A DNA stretch of 64,000 bases, taken from positions 380,484 through 444,483 of the forward strand of contig JAKMXF010000308.1 of assembly GCA_024704765.1 (NCBI GenBank), in the 5' to 3' direction. Positions 23,811-37,674 of the stretch are shown here, piece by piece. The number at the start of each line of letters is the position of its first letter. Position 1 is the stretch's first letter. The position numbers and the translations under genes are program-made. The DNA is from Oopsacas minuta. Lineage: Eukaryota > Animalia > Porifera. Below the pieces are notes generated by a model. That model worked only from the letters and a program-made list of their open reading frames with translations, was not told where the DNA came from and searched no databases.

Positions 23811-25079
23811 GTAAGTTTGAATTGTAGAAATGAGAATGTTGTACATGAAGTTATCATATAAAAATTTTTATTTTTTCCCATTTTGAAAGTTTTCGAAAGC
23901 ATTATCTAGTTAATAGTAGTAAAACCTTTGAAATCAAATATTTACAAATGTATCGTAAACTTAAACATGTTTTCTGATTGGGGATCTACAATACAACGGA
24001 GTCGGAAAGGAAGTATTTGCTGGGCCCATTGAGTATATTTTCAAAGTAAAATTTACGGGTATTCCCAAGTTTGGAAAATTAGGACTAGAATATTAGAGTC
24101 CATAGTTCTCCGGATAAGGCGTCCACCGGCAGAATCATACCTTACGCTGACCGACCTGCGATTCAAAATACTTGACAGCCTTCGAATATGGTATTTAGCT
24201 ACTTAATTGTCAGGGGTTTGGCTTACTGCTTTGGCTAGGACCGCTATCGGCCGATTCGTTACATCTCGGAATACTAAATATACAGCTGCACGCCAATTTT
24301 GGAATCTTACCCTCATTCCATCTTAGCGTACTATTGTGACAACAGTGTGTCGTGCCTATGAGCCGCAAATTCCCTCCAATTTCAGAGATTATAATCATGA
24401 TTTAGATATATCTCGTCTTTCATAATGGCCTGGCCTGTTTACAGGGGTGCAGATGGGTCCCTCTCACTCTCGTGATCTATAGTGATGAAAGAACCATCTC
24501 AAATCACAATTTCTGACAAGATATATTCCACAAATTTCTTCAGTGGAATATTGAAACTATATAATTTCACTAAATATCCATTTAGCAGAAATGTGCAAGA
24601 ATATTCGTGTTATTTATAAGATACACACACACACACATAAGATAATGTATGCCTTACGAGTCGTTCCCGCCCCTCGTAAAGAGGCTGGCTGCGCCCCTGC
24701 CTGTAATTAATATTCTACTAATTACTTTTGAAGATTCATTATTTGCTTGGTTAAACCGAATAGTTCAATATTTGGCTCAACCGACACAAATGGACGAAAT
24801 TCTGTTCCTTTTAAGCATCAGTATCCGGTAAGACAGCAATCACTGAACAGATGTATGAGTTTCTTTGAAAAGTTAGTTTCCAAATCAATAATATTCCGTA
24901 GAAACAAGCATAAAATATCCGAATGTTTTTGGCCGATTTCAGTGATACTTGTAAAATTTAGTTTCATTCCCCAGCACAAAATCCAAGTTGCAAAGAATTG
25001 GATATTTTGTATACGAAATAATCTCCAACGTTAATATTATTGGTGTTGAGATTGAATAACCAATGATACATCTCAGGGC

Positions 25080-25541
25080 ATATAGTGAAAATATATACCT
25101 ACGAGCCTTTGGCTCATCGCTTCGCGAGGAACTCGGCGCAATGCGCCTCGAGGTATTCAACGGACAAACTAACAGACAAACAACGATTGAGATTTAATGA
25201 TGTTGTTTCCAATATTCAGACTCAGCATATTCGATTACCCCAGTACAGTCGTTGAAAGTATGATTCTACCTCAATTTTGAAATATGTTTATTTTATATTC
25301 CTAAAAACAAGAATAAATTTACATATGATTGATTCAAAAGTGTGAAAATCGGATTCAGCATGTTCTGTCTATTTAGTCAAGTTTTATTGAATTATATTTA
25401 CTTCCTTGATAAACACGATGCATATATAGTTATGAGACAATTTCTAAATTGCATACCTTAAATCCTTTCCTTGACAACTGACAAACAAACAAACAGACAG
25501 ACTGACTGATGAACAACAATTGAGATTTAATAACATAGATT
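25080..25541 (-). repeat. Helitron/Helentron-like repeat ends (two 5' ends, one hairpin 3' end), related to 19785
   Basis: (ACAG/ACAA)n tracts followed by GATTGAGATTTAAT at ~25190 and ~25520; hairpins GAGCCTTTGGCTC and CGGCGCAATGCGCCTCG. Confidence 0.5.
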
Positions 25542-26139
25542 TGATCTACACAAGAATCTTTCACAGGTAATAACAAACAAGTCAAGGTATGTAGTGTTTC
25601 GGAAATTATTGCAGTGGCCATGGCCGCGGCAATCGGGGCGTTTTGGACGCCCTGCAATATGTATATTATTTGTGCTAACTTTCAGCAATCCGATAATTCG
25701 TCCCTGAGATGAAACTACTCTTCTGTTTATGACACACGTAATACATATGGTAAGAAAGGCCCCCACTTATATACCGCTCTTGATGAGTTTACATGAAATA
25801 AATGTAATATAAATTGATACAAAGAAACTGATAGTCATTTGTGAAGATATCCTATAATTCAGTCGAGTTTTGGCATTTGTTCCACTTGTGGCACAAACAG
25901 AAGAGTAGCTATATCTCTTCGAGGAATGATCGCATTGCTTTGAAAATTAGCACAAATGATATCTATATTGTATTCCCCTTCTGAATAAAGAACTCTTTCA
26001 CGATACATTTGCAAATATTTATATTCCAAGTTTTATTATTCTAGTTAACTAGATAAGGAAATTAAAACATTTTGAAAATGGCAAATGAAACAAATTGTGA
26101 TTGCATTTGACAAAGATGATGACGCCATAATATTTTGCA

Positions 26140-26400
26140 CAGTGAAGGGTAACTGTGATTCATCTTTCAAACACCTAGCATATAAATTTGTTGATTAGTG
26201 GCTGATAATGTGATTTTCAAAAGTCCCAAAAGGGGACAATTATATCATCTTTCCGTCATGGGTGTGAATTTTGTTCCACTACTCAAACTTGTCCTAGCCA
26301 GGCCAAAATACCCACGTCTACCAAAAATCAGCCTTGCTGTTTTCCTGTTTCTTCAATCAATTCTGAACATCAATACTCAACAAATTTGCATTTCTTGCTG
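26140..26400 (+). repeat. Dispersed repeat family X copy (partial)
   Basis: GTGGCTGATAATGTGATTTTC…GTGAATTTTGTTCCACTACTCAAACTTGTCC…CAAAATACCC. Confidence 0.62.
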
Positions 26401-27052
26401 GCGAACCTAAGCCACCAAAATATGAAATGGTAGCAATTAGTCACCATTTCACTCGTTTTTCGAGACACATTGCATATCTCTATGTAGAATCTAAATATTT
26501 GGTAGCTAACGCCACCAAACCACCTAATTCATCGAGGACTGCTGAATATACAAACATTTATAGTCAAATTAGTCTATAAGGGCCACCGAAAGTACTTGCC
26601 TATAGTAACCATATTGTGCAGGAGGCCGCTATACAGAGGCAGACGTATATTAATCTAGATAGATTAATCGAGTTTTTACAGTATAGACTGGCGTGTTTAG
26701 CTTGCTAGGTAGCTGCGCGACATTTTAGTGCCCCAGGTTAGCTTAAGTATGAAACGGCTAAATTTCTTAGTGCATTTGGCCGCTACGCGACTGGGTATAC
26801 TCGATCCTTTGTGCCTCGAATGTATTTAATAGCGGAATTTTTATGATTTGATTATCCATGGTCCATCAAAATTAGTTTTAGGGGCCAGGCCGCTGCTACT
26901 GGTGGGGTCCAGGTTATTTACCTGGGGCACGCTAAATTTCAGTAGGGGCACAGGCCCTACCTGGCCTCATCCTCGCGTCCCGTCTTCTTCAATGGTGACT
27001 CTGGAGGTACTACGTAACTATTGATTAATAATCTCGGCAGTTGGTGCCGTAG

Positions 27053-30000
27053 CAGGCCTTCATCTGGGTGCGCAATGCGGACCCAGGAGTGAACACTTTT
27101 TAGAAGATATTTGCTAGGTTGCGTGTACCCAAGTTTTCAACTGGGTACGCATTGCGCACCCATTGGTGCAGCATGGTTTTGAAAAAGATTACAGACACAA
27201 ATCATATCAAAATACATACGATGATACATTCACGAACTACAGTGTGTTCGGAAATTATTGGGACTGATTATAAATTTATTATACTATGAATTCATGACTT
27301 GTAGAGATTTCTCGTTTTAACACTAAGTTAAAATACATATAGTTGAAGAAATACTAGCATTATTATCACATTCTATCAATAATTAATTTTTTTCCCAGCA
27401 TTGTCTAAACACAATCTAATTCTTTTGGGCATTGAAGTGCAAAAGGGACGGAGAAAGTCTGGATCAAATGTTGCCCATATGTCCTGAATTGCCTGTTTTA
27501 GTTGGCTTACAGATTTAGGATGAAGTATAATCAACCTCCTTTTCAAAACTGCCCACAGATTCTCAATGGGCGCTAGGTCTGGACTATTTGGCGGCCAATC
27601 AATTCTAAGGGGGACGAACTCCGTCTTCCACCCCTTAGCTGCTCTGCCAGTGTGCACAGGGCTGTTATCCTCCCGTAAAACCCAGCTATTTCCTTATTTT
27701 GCGTTAGCCTCCTCAATAAGACACTCGCGAAGAGTGGAAATATACACCACCTGATTGAAATTTTCTGGGAAAATCCTCAGATGTGTAGTCCCCATTATCG
27801 AAATTCCACCCCAAAGATGAACTTTAGATGGATGCCTGAAGGTTGGCAGATGAACCGTTTGTCCCTTTTTAATCCACAGGTTGACTCTTCCAGAGTCAAG
27901 CCAAACTGAACATTCATCAGTAAAGAAGGTCTTACTCCAGTCAAAACACTTCATTTCTTTACACCAAGCGATTCTTTTGGATACATGGAGGTCGGTGAGT
28001 GCTGGAACTCGGACAGCCCGCTTGCTGACAAAGTTTTGCCTCTTTACTTGAGTATGAAGAGTACTTATGGATACAGGAGAGCTCAATCTCGGTAGTATAG
28101 AACGTAGAGAGGTCCTCGGATTGCTTTGATACGAAGCAGCTATCCTTCTTTTGTCATTTGCCTCGATTTTTGAAGGACGACCAGCACCCCTTTTGTGCTG
28201 AAGGCTTTTATATCTTTTATCAGATTCAAGACACGATATACAGTCTGCTTAGGTATACTTGTTCGCTGGCAGATATCCACTCCTTTGGTAATTCCTGCAT
28301 TGTATAGTATCTCTATTTGATTTCTACGCTGTTGTTGGGTAGAGTGCATGTACATTGTACAAAATATGCAGTCTTAGATGACGGAAATGGGGTCTCGAAA
28401 TATATATAGGTATATTTGCTTGGGAATCACAATATTTCAGCCAAACAAACGAAATATTATGTGAAATAGCGAATCTATTGGTTTTCTAACAATTATAGGA
28501 AGTGTATATATACAGTAAGGTAAATGGTTGTATAATATGCGCATAACCTGATGTCCTTCATGGTGATTCAAGGTTAATCATGAAATGTCCTAATAATTTC
28601 CGAACATACTGTATGAAAAACATTATTAGTCTATTCTACGTGGAGACTTTGCCCAGAGTATAAATACTCGGTGAAGAAACTCTGAGTAGCTTTCTATTGT
28701 CTTGGACTCCTACCAGTACTACCCCTTGGATAGATATCCTTGTTAGCATCGCGATATGAGCTGGAGTGAAAGAACAACGATCATCGGAGACGATTTTAAT
28801 TGAGAGGAGAAGGATATTTCTACGCTAGCTGTCCCCAATTGTCGACACAGAAAAAAGGTTGCCACCATTACGTGCTCGGGATATATAATCCTTAAGATCG
28901 CGTTGGATAGAAACTTCTTATATAGATCCTCTTGAGTGTCACATCCTTTGAGGAGCTCTTTGGTCTCGATGTATTTGGAGAGTGTATATATTTCGGCGCG
29001 CAGAGCCTATTTGTTAAAACTAAACCTCCGACTCACCCACGAAATCACACTGCCAGTTTCCATCCATTCAACTGCATCAAACCTCGCAAGTTTTGACAAA
29101 TCACGGCTATCCTCTGAGAATCTTGCCTCCATTTCGTGTACCAGACCGGAAATGTAGTCACCGAGGACACTGTAAATGGGAGGCACTTCTAAGCAGTTCG
29201 ACCGAAGAGGGCCCATTTCCGACATCTCAAAGCCTGCTTTCGATATTCGTTTTTCGAGTACATCGAACTGTTTATTAATAAATTTAGACACATCTAGAGC
29301 TTTCAGAAACACCACAAATGACTTTGTTTCAGATAGGGCATAGGAATATTCAACTTTTGGGACCTGAAAGATGGAACTAAGGCGATTCACATGGGACAAG
29401 CGATCTCCCTGATCAAAAGAATTATCATCAGAAATATCCTGAAGGGACTCGATCACTTGTACAATCAAATCGATAACCTCTCGACACTTCGCCGGTAGTA
29501 AGCCAGCGTGTTGCTGCGGCCTTGATAAATAATTTGAAATTTGTCTCATCCTCTAAACATTTTACTTTTAGAAGGTCCACTTTCCGATTAGATTTTCTAA
29601 ATAATTTATAAATGGCGTTGATAAGTTCGATTACTTCCTTCACTAATTGAACTTCATTAGCTACTGTTTTGCAAGCTAATGCAAGACGATGTGCGCGACA
29701 ATCTTCGAAAATAATATATTGATTCCAAAAACGTTTTAGGTATCCTAGGACTCCTTCCTGTTCGCTAGACATATTTCTGGCTCCGTCAAAGAAAGCGCTC
29801 CTACTTAGTTTTCTATCTAGGCCAAATTTTCGACACTCTCATCGACTAGTTTAAAGAGATTCTCAGCTGTAGTCCGGCCTTGAATGGGTTTATAATCTAG
29901 CATGCACTCCTCCACGTTGCCCGTTTTGGTAGAGATATACTTCACACAAATACTCAAAATTCCATGATTCTGCACCAAAGTTTCATCGACTAAGAGGTCC

Positions 30001-30850
30001 AGGAACGATAGATGTTCAGTGAAGCTGAAAGATCATCATTAGTGTCTTCACGAATCTGTCTTTCGAACAACTCCAAGAACTCCGTGACAGAGGTCTTTGG
30101 CCTATAAGTGGCATTATGATCTCGGTTCTTCGTCCAGATATCTACATCCTCGCTCATTCGACAAGTGAGGGAGATCAATTTTTCAAACTTGGTTGTATGT
30201 GGTATTTGCTCCTTGAATAAAAAATAAGCTTGGTCGAGATATTTCAATATATACTTTCCTTGTCTGCACTCTTCTGCTTTGCTAGTTTTTCAGTTGTCTC
30301 TTTAATGTAGGCACCATTGCTCTGGTTGTTCGAGGCTAGTTGTATATGTCGGCTATCCTTTTCGTGAACAACGTGGCTGCAGTTTTCTACCAATACTTTG
30401 TCTACAAAATACTTGGTTCCGGTCTCTAGATTCAGTTTTTTGGCCTGACTCACATCGTGACAAAGACCACACGAATAACCTTCTTTGACTTCCACGACCC
30501 AAGGATGGTTCAATCGAAAGGAAGCAGGCTTAGCAGTGGGGAGATGGGACTCGCCGTAGACATCATTTTCAGTTTCAGACTCGCCGGCGGATTCTATAGG
30601 ATCTGCAGCGTTTTTTTATGGGGGTTTCCAATAGATTCAGAATACCGTTTCATTGAATGGAAATAACCAAGTCTAATTGAGTATTTTTTAAATGTAAAAT
30701 ATAAGTTGAAAAATATAGCCTAACAAAATGCAGCAAGCAGGAAGCGAACAATTTATTTACAAATAACTTTCTTACTGAAGTTTAGGGTGCGCGACAGAAT
30801 AATCTGCACACCTTGGGTGCGCTAATTTGAAAGTGCTAGATGAGGCCCTG
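27053..30850 (-). mobile_element. hAT transposon (ZNF862/C17orf113-like transposase), defective, with nested Tc1
   Basis: Ends CAGGCCTTCATCT / AGATGAGGCCCTG; 8-bp TSD TGCCGTAG / TGTCTTAG (6/8); ORF remnants ~28620-30653 with LVDET, FDGARNM, CRAHRLAL, AATRWL, TASVEISFS. Confidence 0.82.
27240..28611 (-). mobile_element. Tc1 DD34E transposon, full length, defective
   Basis: TIR CAGT(G/A)TGTTCGGAAATTATT(G/A)GGAC; TA at 27238-27239 and 28612-28613; ORF 28355-27376 with FFTDECS, EDNSPVH…DLAPIE (34-residue spacing). Confidence 0.93.
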
Positions 30851-30859
30851 TGTCTTAGG

Positions 30860-31120
30860 TATTAAGAAATACTTAAATTTATGAATTTGGAAAATTTGGA
30901 ATTTTTGTACAATAATGTGGACGTGATAATTCCATCATAATACTGCATATGGTCGAAATCATGACATCAGAACATTTCTCACATTAAGTCGGGTACCTGT
31001 GATTCACATTTCAAATTTCTATCATGTATATTGGCTCAGCAGTCGCTGATAATGAAATTTTTTGACAATCCAGTTCTTCAGCCTATCCTGGGCATACAAA
31101 CATGTATATATATATATATT
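30860..31120 (+). repeat. Dispersed repeat family X copy (internally deleted)
   Basis: CATTTCTCACATT…GGTACCTGTGATTCACATTTCAAATTT…CAGTCGCTGATAA, ends in CATACAAACATG(TA)n. Confidence 0.58.
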
Positions 31121-31419
31121 ATGAGTTTGTCTAATTTGCGATTATCCTTCTGAATGCCTTTGTTCGTATTAGTGAAATAGCAAAGGTGACTTTTCATGAT
31201 TTTTAAATTGTGATCTTTCGATGTTGTATAGCATATTTTCATACAAATTGGTGTTTATCGTTCGAAACGATCATCTCCTGTTAGACAAATCCATATGTAT
31301 ATGTTTCGGTCTATTCTCGAAATTAGTCAATACGCCTGCCTAGTCACCAATCTGCTGGTCAATACTCGTAATGACTAGTCAATGCGCGTATAGCTGTATG
31401 TATCGTTTTCTGTGCCGAA

Positions 31420-32045
31420 TACGAGTGTGAAGTTAGCTAACTATGCGACTAGGGTCACTAATTTCACTCACTTATACTCATTATATTTAAACGAAATTAG
31501 TATCATTGGAAGGAAAAGGGTTGGACGTTTTACACAATATGTTTTGACATTAAAAATTTTCTTTTAGTCACATTTTTGGTTGGAATTTTAGGATAACGAC
31601 TCCCTTGAAGTTACCCACCTAAAAATCAGAATTCTATCCTGAAATTCTCTATGCATACTTTGGTTGTATGGATGTTGCAGGAATTCAATTTCAATTTACA
31701 AATTATTAACAACTCGCGGAGCTAAACTAATTCAAATTTTCAGTCGGGACTGAGTGTGGTAGGGAATGAATCATATTCTACACATAGTAGGGTCGGTTCA
31801 AACTCATGCATCCTATCCTAAATCCGACAGAATTTCAATTATTATGCTAATGGATAGTTGAGATATAGAAGTGTTATACAATATCGATATTTTCGTGAGG
31901 CACTATAAAGTATCACCAGCAACGTGCAAAATCGATAAATACTCAGGTTTTTAGTGTATTACGAATTCTAACTTTGGGATCAATTCTTGAAGTTATTTCT
32001 CTTTAGAACCCCTTCAAAATTTATGGCACCTTCTTCGTATCTTAT
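31420..32045 (+). repeat. Dispersed repeat family Y, copy 1 (uninterrupted)
   Basis: Reverse complement of 44820-45226 joined to 46431-46640. Confidence 0.75.
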
Positions 32046-32959
32046 AATTTCATTTAGTCGCTAGTACATTTTTAGCTTTTGCTGGTAATATATTTTGAAA
32101 GGTTAATTACCCTTTTGAGTCACTGTTAAACTTCATTCTTGTGCATACAAGTAATACATAACTTGAGTAACATTGGCGTCAATCGTATGGTATTTTCTTC
32201 GTGAATAAAATATCTAATTTTATCTCTGCAACTAAATATGCTTATTGTCGTAGGGGATAAATATAATCACTTAAACCAAAACAATTTTCGTGTTTGATTT
32301 GATCATTTTGCCCATTTTGCTTTTATTGCTTTATTTTACTATTTCCTATTCTTCCCATCATATTAACTTTTCGATCTTTTCTGATAACATGGTTCTTTTC
32401 TGATTTTGTTTCTTATTTGACACTACTGTGACATGATTTCTCTCGAATTGTTCTCTACTCATATTTATTTGACTCTCTAATGGCATGCTCAAACTTCGCA
32501 GGAATATACTTTGATTCTTTGGCTCTTTTTATTGCGACTTCTTCTGTCCTACTGTCTGCTCTTTGTCCGTCATGTCGGTTCTTCTCATCCTTGGCGGCAT
32601 TGAGATCAATCCAGGATCCATCACACTAATCAAGATACTTATCACTAACAAGGTAATTAATTTATTGAATTACCTAAAGTTATTCATTTTGTAAATTTGT
32701 ATGGTTAGTCGTGACCTACATAATATAAGGCCTGAATGTTCATTTGGACAATGGATTACTTAAAGTGCATACACTGAATATGAGATGTTGAGATTAATAC
32801 CATTGTTTTTTACAATGTTCATACCAAATGGTAGATGGAAGGTAGGCATATTTTACACTACACAAAAATTGTATGAATACGAAATGCTGGGGCAACAAAG
32901 AGACTGCCAACAGCAAAATTATTTTTTATTTTGATTTGAATTTATGGTATTTACGAGAG

Positions 32960-34690
32960 TTATGCGAGCTTTCAGTTAATGTCCTTTACAACGAATTCAT
33001 GTTCTTCACTTTGTTAGTTAGGATACAGTTGGTTAGTTGGTTGCTGAAAAAATAATCTTCATCATGATATTCCATCCTATTGTGTCATAAGTAGGGCATT
33101 TGTTTCACCAAAACTCAGCTTCATTACTCTCGATTACGTTTCTTGTCAAAGAAACTAAGATCTTCCGAGATGGACTTGTTATAAAGAGATTGAAGAGATT
33201 AGAATCCATTTCGATCTTAGTAGACCTTCCACAAAATTATAGCTGCTTCAAGCACTGGAGCTGAAGGCCACTTAAGGTCTTCTCTGTCAATCGAACATAT
33301 TAAACCATAGCGGGATGACGGGATATTTCTTACTGTTTTGATGATGTGGACAAAGTCGAAGATAAGATACAGAGGTCTACAAGTGTCTAATGGACGAGGA
33401 ACACAGGTTTCAAGAAAGGAAGTAGTGGATAGTAACTTAAACAGATTCACATTGAGGGGTAGTTATCTGTATAAATAACTTGAATTTGAAGATTACAACT
33501 TTTTACATCCTTGATCACTTCATGTAAAATAGGTAGTATTTGGGCAGCTGAACATTTTGCGCAAGGTTGGAGTCGTACAACTGTATTGGCTGCTTCGTTC
33601 TGTGTAGTTGAAGAGTCGAGTATTCTCCCACCTGTGTAAGAAAACTCTGATTTGACATGTATTTCACCCATATGTAATGTAACATTCCTTTCTTGGTTAT
33701 TGAAATTAGCAGTAGAAGCCTTCAAATATGTTTGCAACTCACACTCTAAGCCATAGTCCCATAAAGATTACGTAGAGTTGTTGGGTGGGGAAATATTAAA
33801 CAAATCAAAGACTTTGAGTAGCTGTGATAGGTAGAAGATATCAAATGAGATTTTAGAGCTAGCACCATTGTGACAACATTGTACCGTCTTCGATTTTTGG
33901 GAATTAGTGTATTCTCAAGCTGGTACAGTAGAAATTTTAACTGGGGCAACAATTCTGAATATTTCTCTAGCATATCATTTGAAGTCCCTATCTTCGAAAT
34001 CGTGTTTTCAATGTTAGATTTAGCTTGGCGAATAAACTTTTCAACAGGGTCCTTAGTGCATGCAGAAAGCTTGCTGATGATGGTATCGATTTCTCGAATA
34101 TCACTGAGATTGTGTATTGTGAGAGGAAATTGAATTTTTTTATAGAAGCCTGTAGTTGTGAACAGTCATTATTGAAACACATGCTGGTATATATATATAT
34201 GTTTGTCTTTTGACAGCTTTAGCAAGTTAATTGACGTGCCATCTGAAAACCATTTAACCCCAGAAGAAGGTAGTTATATTCTTCGAGTTTACATTTAGCT
34301 CTCCTAATGATTTGACACCGAACTTATTATCCTCAGCATTATGAAGTTCAAGGCTCTGTTCTAAGGCTTGAGGAACAATTTACTCTCGATATTCCCACGA
34401 TCTAAACATTCAGGCTTCGGGGATGGTGAGCTAAGATACTTGGAACAACTGGGGAGGAGATAAGGTATAGTTTTCTCCTGTAGAATTCGTCACCGAGAAA
34501 ATTTTTGTAATGAGCCATCAGGTTGAGGCATATCCATTTCAGTGATGACATCTTACGAAAGTGATTAGAGTGTTTTCACTTCATGAATGTCATCACAGTT
34601 GCTTATAGCAATAGCTTTGTTGGGTGTAGTCCACTGTTAGTTTTGTGGTTATTTCTAACACAACCTGGTCATATTTTAGTTTATCTAATG
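32960..34690 (-). pseudogene. P-element/THAP transposase relic with large internal deletion
   Basis: THAP-like N-terminus (PGC…AI…DVITEMD…IPYLLPSC), RRRYNVVTMVLAL, LHMGEIHVK, VIYTDNYP, FDFVHIIKTVRN joined directly to C-terminal LKWPS…NCILTNKVKN. Confidence 0.78.
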
Positions 34691-34719
34691 TTTGATAAAA
34701 GTGTCTGTTTAAGTGGAGA

Positions 34720-37640
34720 AATTTTGAGCATTCTCATTAGTTGGGTATTGGAACAAAGAAAGGAATTCGATACTAATGGTATTACCAGCTTACAAAATGT
34801 CTATTCTGAATACCTTGTTTGTGTTGAATGTTAGTTAAGGAGCCAATTTCCCTTCTCCAGGCTCACAATTCTAAGCGTAATGTAGAAAGTGAACAAGTTG
34901 TGAATATGTTGTTAGAGGTCAGCTCTGGAGTGACTTTGAGATTGTAAGTTATGGATCAGGAGAATTATCTCGAAATCACAGGTGCGATTGTTTGTGTATT
35001 ACTGATTCGAACCATAGAATGTCATTATTCAGTAATTGGACGAATGTATTTTCTTCTGAGTTTCATGATGTAAACAATATGTGTGTTTTGAAGTTTGACT
35101 ATCATCGGTAGAAAAGTCTGCTAGCCGTAAAATAAACAGCCCATTCTTTAGAGCTAAAGCAGAGTGTAAATTCCCTAATTGTAGTGCATATTTATTTATA
35201 TTGAGTACAAGAATTATTTAAATAATCGTGTAGTGGTTAAAAAAAGTTTATTATGTGTGATCTCTTTCAACTCATCATACCGATGGTACCAGTGCTTATA
35301 GTAGTAATTTATCTTGTAGCGAGCACAGAAATATGGGAAGATATTAGATAATTATTCTGTGAGCAAAATATTTAATAAGCAAATCAATGATTCTGACAAA
35401 ACAGGAAGATTTTGTTATGGAAATTTAACAAATTTAAAATCCGCGAAATGTTTAATGGAAGTTAAATCAGAAATGAAATCTGCTAGTAGGTTTTCTAATT
35501 CTTACATAGAAGATGTAGCAGCTACCCAGCAGTACTTCCGTCATCTACTCCCTGATTCCCTTATTCCAAGTTAAGTTCAGTACTTTGTGCAAGATCCATG
35601 TGTTATGCACATGTATACTTCTAAACAAATAGAAATCTTAAATATTTTAATGGTCATGTAGTTTTTAAATTTGATGCCACTGGGTCTCTAATTGGTAAAC
35701 CGCCTTAATGCTCCAACTATCCAGCATCCTAAATATTTCACCAGGCCATTTTCTGTATAAAAAATGATCAGTAGTGATTATGGTACAGCTGAAATTTCAC
35801 ATTTCTTGAATAAATGGAGCTTAAATTCAAAATTAGTAATTATTAGAGGCTTAAAAATACATAATGTAAATGGCTGTTAGCTGAGCTATGAAGATACATA
35901 GTTCTTGTTTAGCATTTAATAAATTTACTATTTTGAATTACCTTCAATACTGTTGGAGGTTTGTATCTTATAGTGAAAGTTTAAATGTTGATACTGTTCT
36001 ACATCTGTGTCAGCTCATGTATTGCACAGGATCATTTTTAATATAGGAAAAAGTTTTCAAATGGACTAAAAGATCAAGAAAATAGTCCTAGATGTTTTGA
36101 TCACATCATATATTGTAAAAAATGTATGAAATTGGCCTTCTTTTCGAATTATTATGCTATATTTTATGTTTCGAAAACAATCCAATGATTATGAGAAGAA
36201 ATTGCATAATTAGAGCTGTGTGTTGAGTATGAGATAGAAATTAGTAATGAAATACATGAGAAACATGAGGATGAAACAATTGTAAATTAAATGCTGTAAC
36301 TCACGGGCAAAATTCACTCTTTGGTAAGCATTTTGAAAAGATTTATGAGAGAACTGAATCCAATATCAAGGGTATTGAGAATAACCTTGATACTGGAATT
36401 AGTACTTCTCAAGTAAGAGAAAATAATGTATGTTACTATCCTGGATTAATTGATCTCTATTGACATAATTTATGCCACTGTTACCATTGTGGAGTGGAAT
36501 AACTTTATGTACGATCAATACACCAAGTAATGTTTAACAAACAGCAACGCTAGTGTTGAAAACTGGTTTAGCATAGTGAAGCACATCATTTATATTTCTT
36601 ACACAAGAATGAGATCGGCTGATTTCATTAGGTCGATTTATCTAAAAATAGAGGGTAGGGTTCCTGCATTTACATTTGTTTTTATGCCATTTGCAAAGAA
36701 TATAATTACACAGAAAAACAATGCAAGTAGAAGATGAAGAAAATTGTAAGGAGGAAGGGTCTGAAAAGGAAAAAAGACCAAAGATAGCTTTATGAAACCT
36801 TCTGATTACGTATTTCAAAGCCATTTGAAGGTATTAAATCGAATAATAAACTAATAGTCTACAAAATCCGTTAGTAAATACAGAAATACAAGTACCAGTT
36901 AAGTCAGTGGGTGAACAGGTTAAATACCCAGTGGAAGTTCAAAATCTTAATTTACCTGGTAAGGAAGTAGAGAAATTTAACAATTTAGTACTTATTGAAT
37001 TTCGTGAACGAGATTATATATTTCCTAAATTCCAACCCATTACTTATTAGGGAAGAAAAGTTATTAGTTAAATGGTTAAACTTAAAATTTTATTATTACT
37101 TGTTTTTTCTAGAAATATAATACCACAAAATTCAAATTTACCTGATTGCTAACCTTCTAAATGTTACATACTTCTGGAGAAGGTAATTGTTATTTTCTTC
37201 ACTAGCATTTTGGATGACAGGAAATACAGATAATTCCACAAATTTGATCAATAATTACTGATATTAGGTTTAGAAAGTTTAGAGAACCCTGTAATAAATA
37301 TGTCGGAAACATATTTCCACGATCAGTAATTAATTACAGAAATGTTAATGACTATATTATTAAAACGAATATGCGTAAGAACACAACTTGGGGAACTGAT
37401 GTGGCAATATTTGCGGTAGTTTGTTATTGCAAACAGATGTTTGGATTTTTACTGCAACTATGGGAAACAAATGGATGGTCTTTTTGGTTAAAGGGGCCAA
37501 AGTTATTAATTTCCTAGAATCGCAAATTCAAGGCTCAATATATTTATATCATGATGGGCTTCATTATGAACCGCATTTTAGAGGTAAATACAGCTGTTTT
37601 GTCGTAGACTACGCCCCAGTGAGAAAATGCCTTCTTTAAT
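34720..37640 (+). pseudogene. NOF-FB-like Mutator-related transposase relic with C-terminal OTU-like domain
   Basis: SRKINSPFFRAKAECKFPNC, FKFDATGS, VLHLC, LPLWSG, SNASVENWFSIVK; then SGEGNCYFSSLAFWMTGN (Cys 37188-37190), WGTDV, YLYHDGLHYEP; many stops and frameshifts. Confidence 0.7.
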
Positions 37641-37674
37641 ATGTATTCATATTCGGATCTTGCATGCTGTAGGG

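Noticed and set aside
24210-24398. Possible hAT dimerisation motif (IPKLA…IFSIP)
   Set aside because: Lacks the ER-FS motif; short ORF with no context
26138-26144. CACAGTG as another Transib-like end
   Set aside because: Lies inside a family X copy, aligned with a CACATT position in other copies
32330-32650. Protein-like minus-strand stretch (SDGSWIDLNAAKDE…)
   Set aside because: Contains stops; no recognisable family or splice structure
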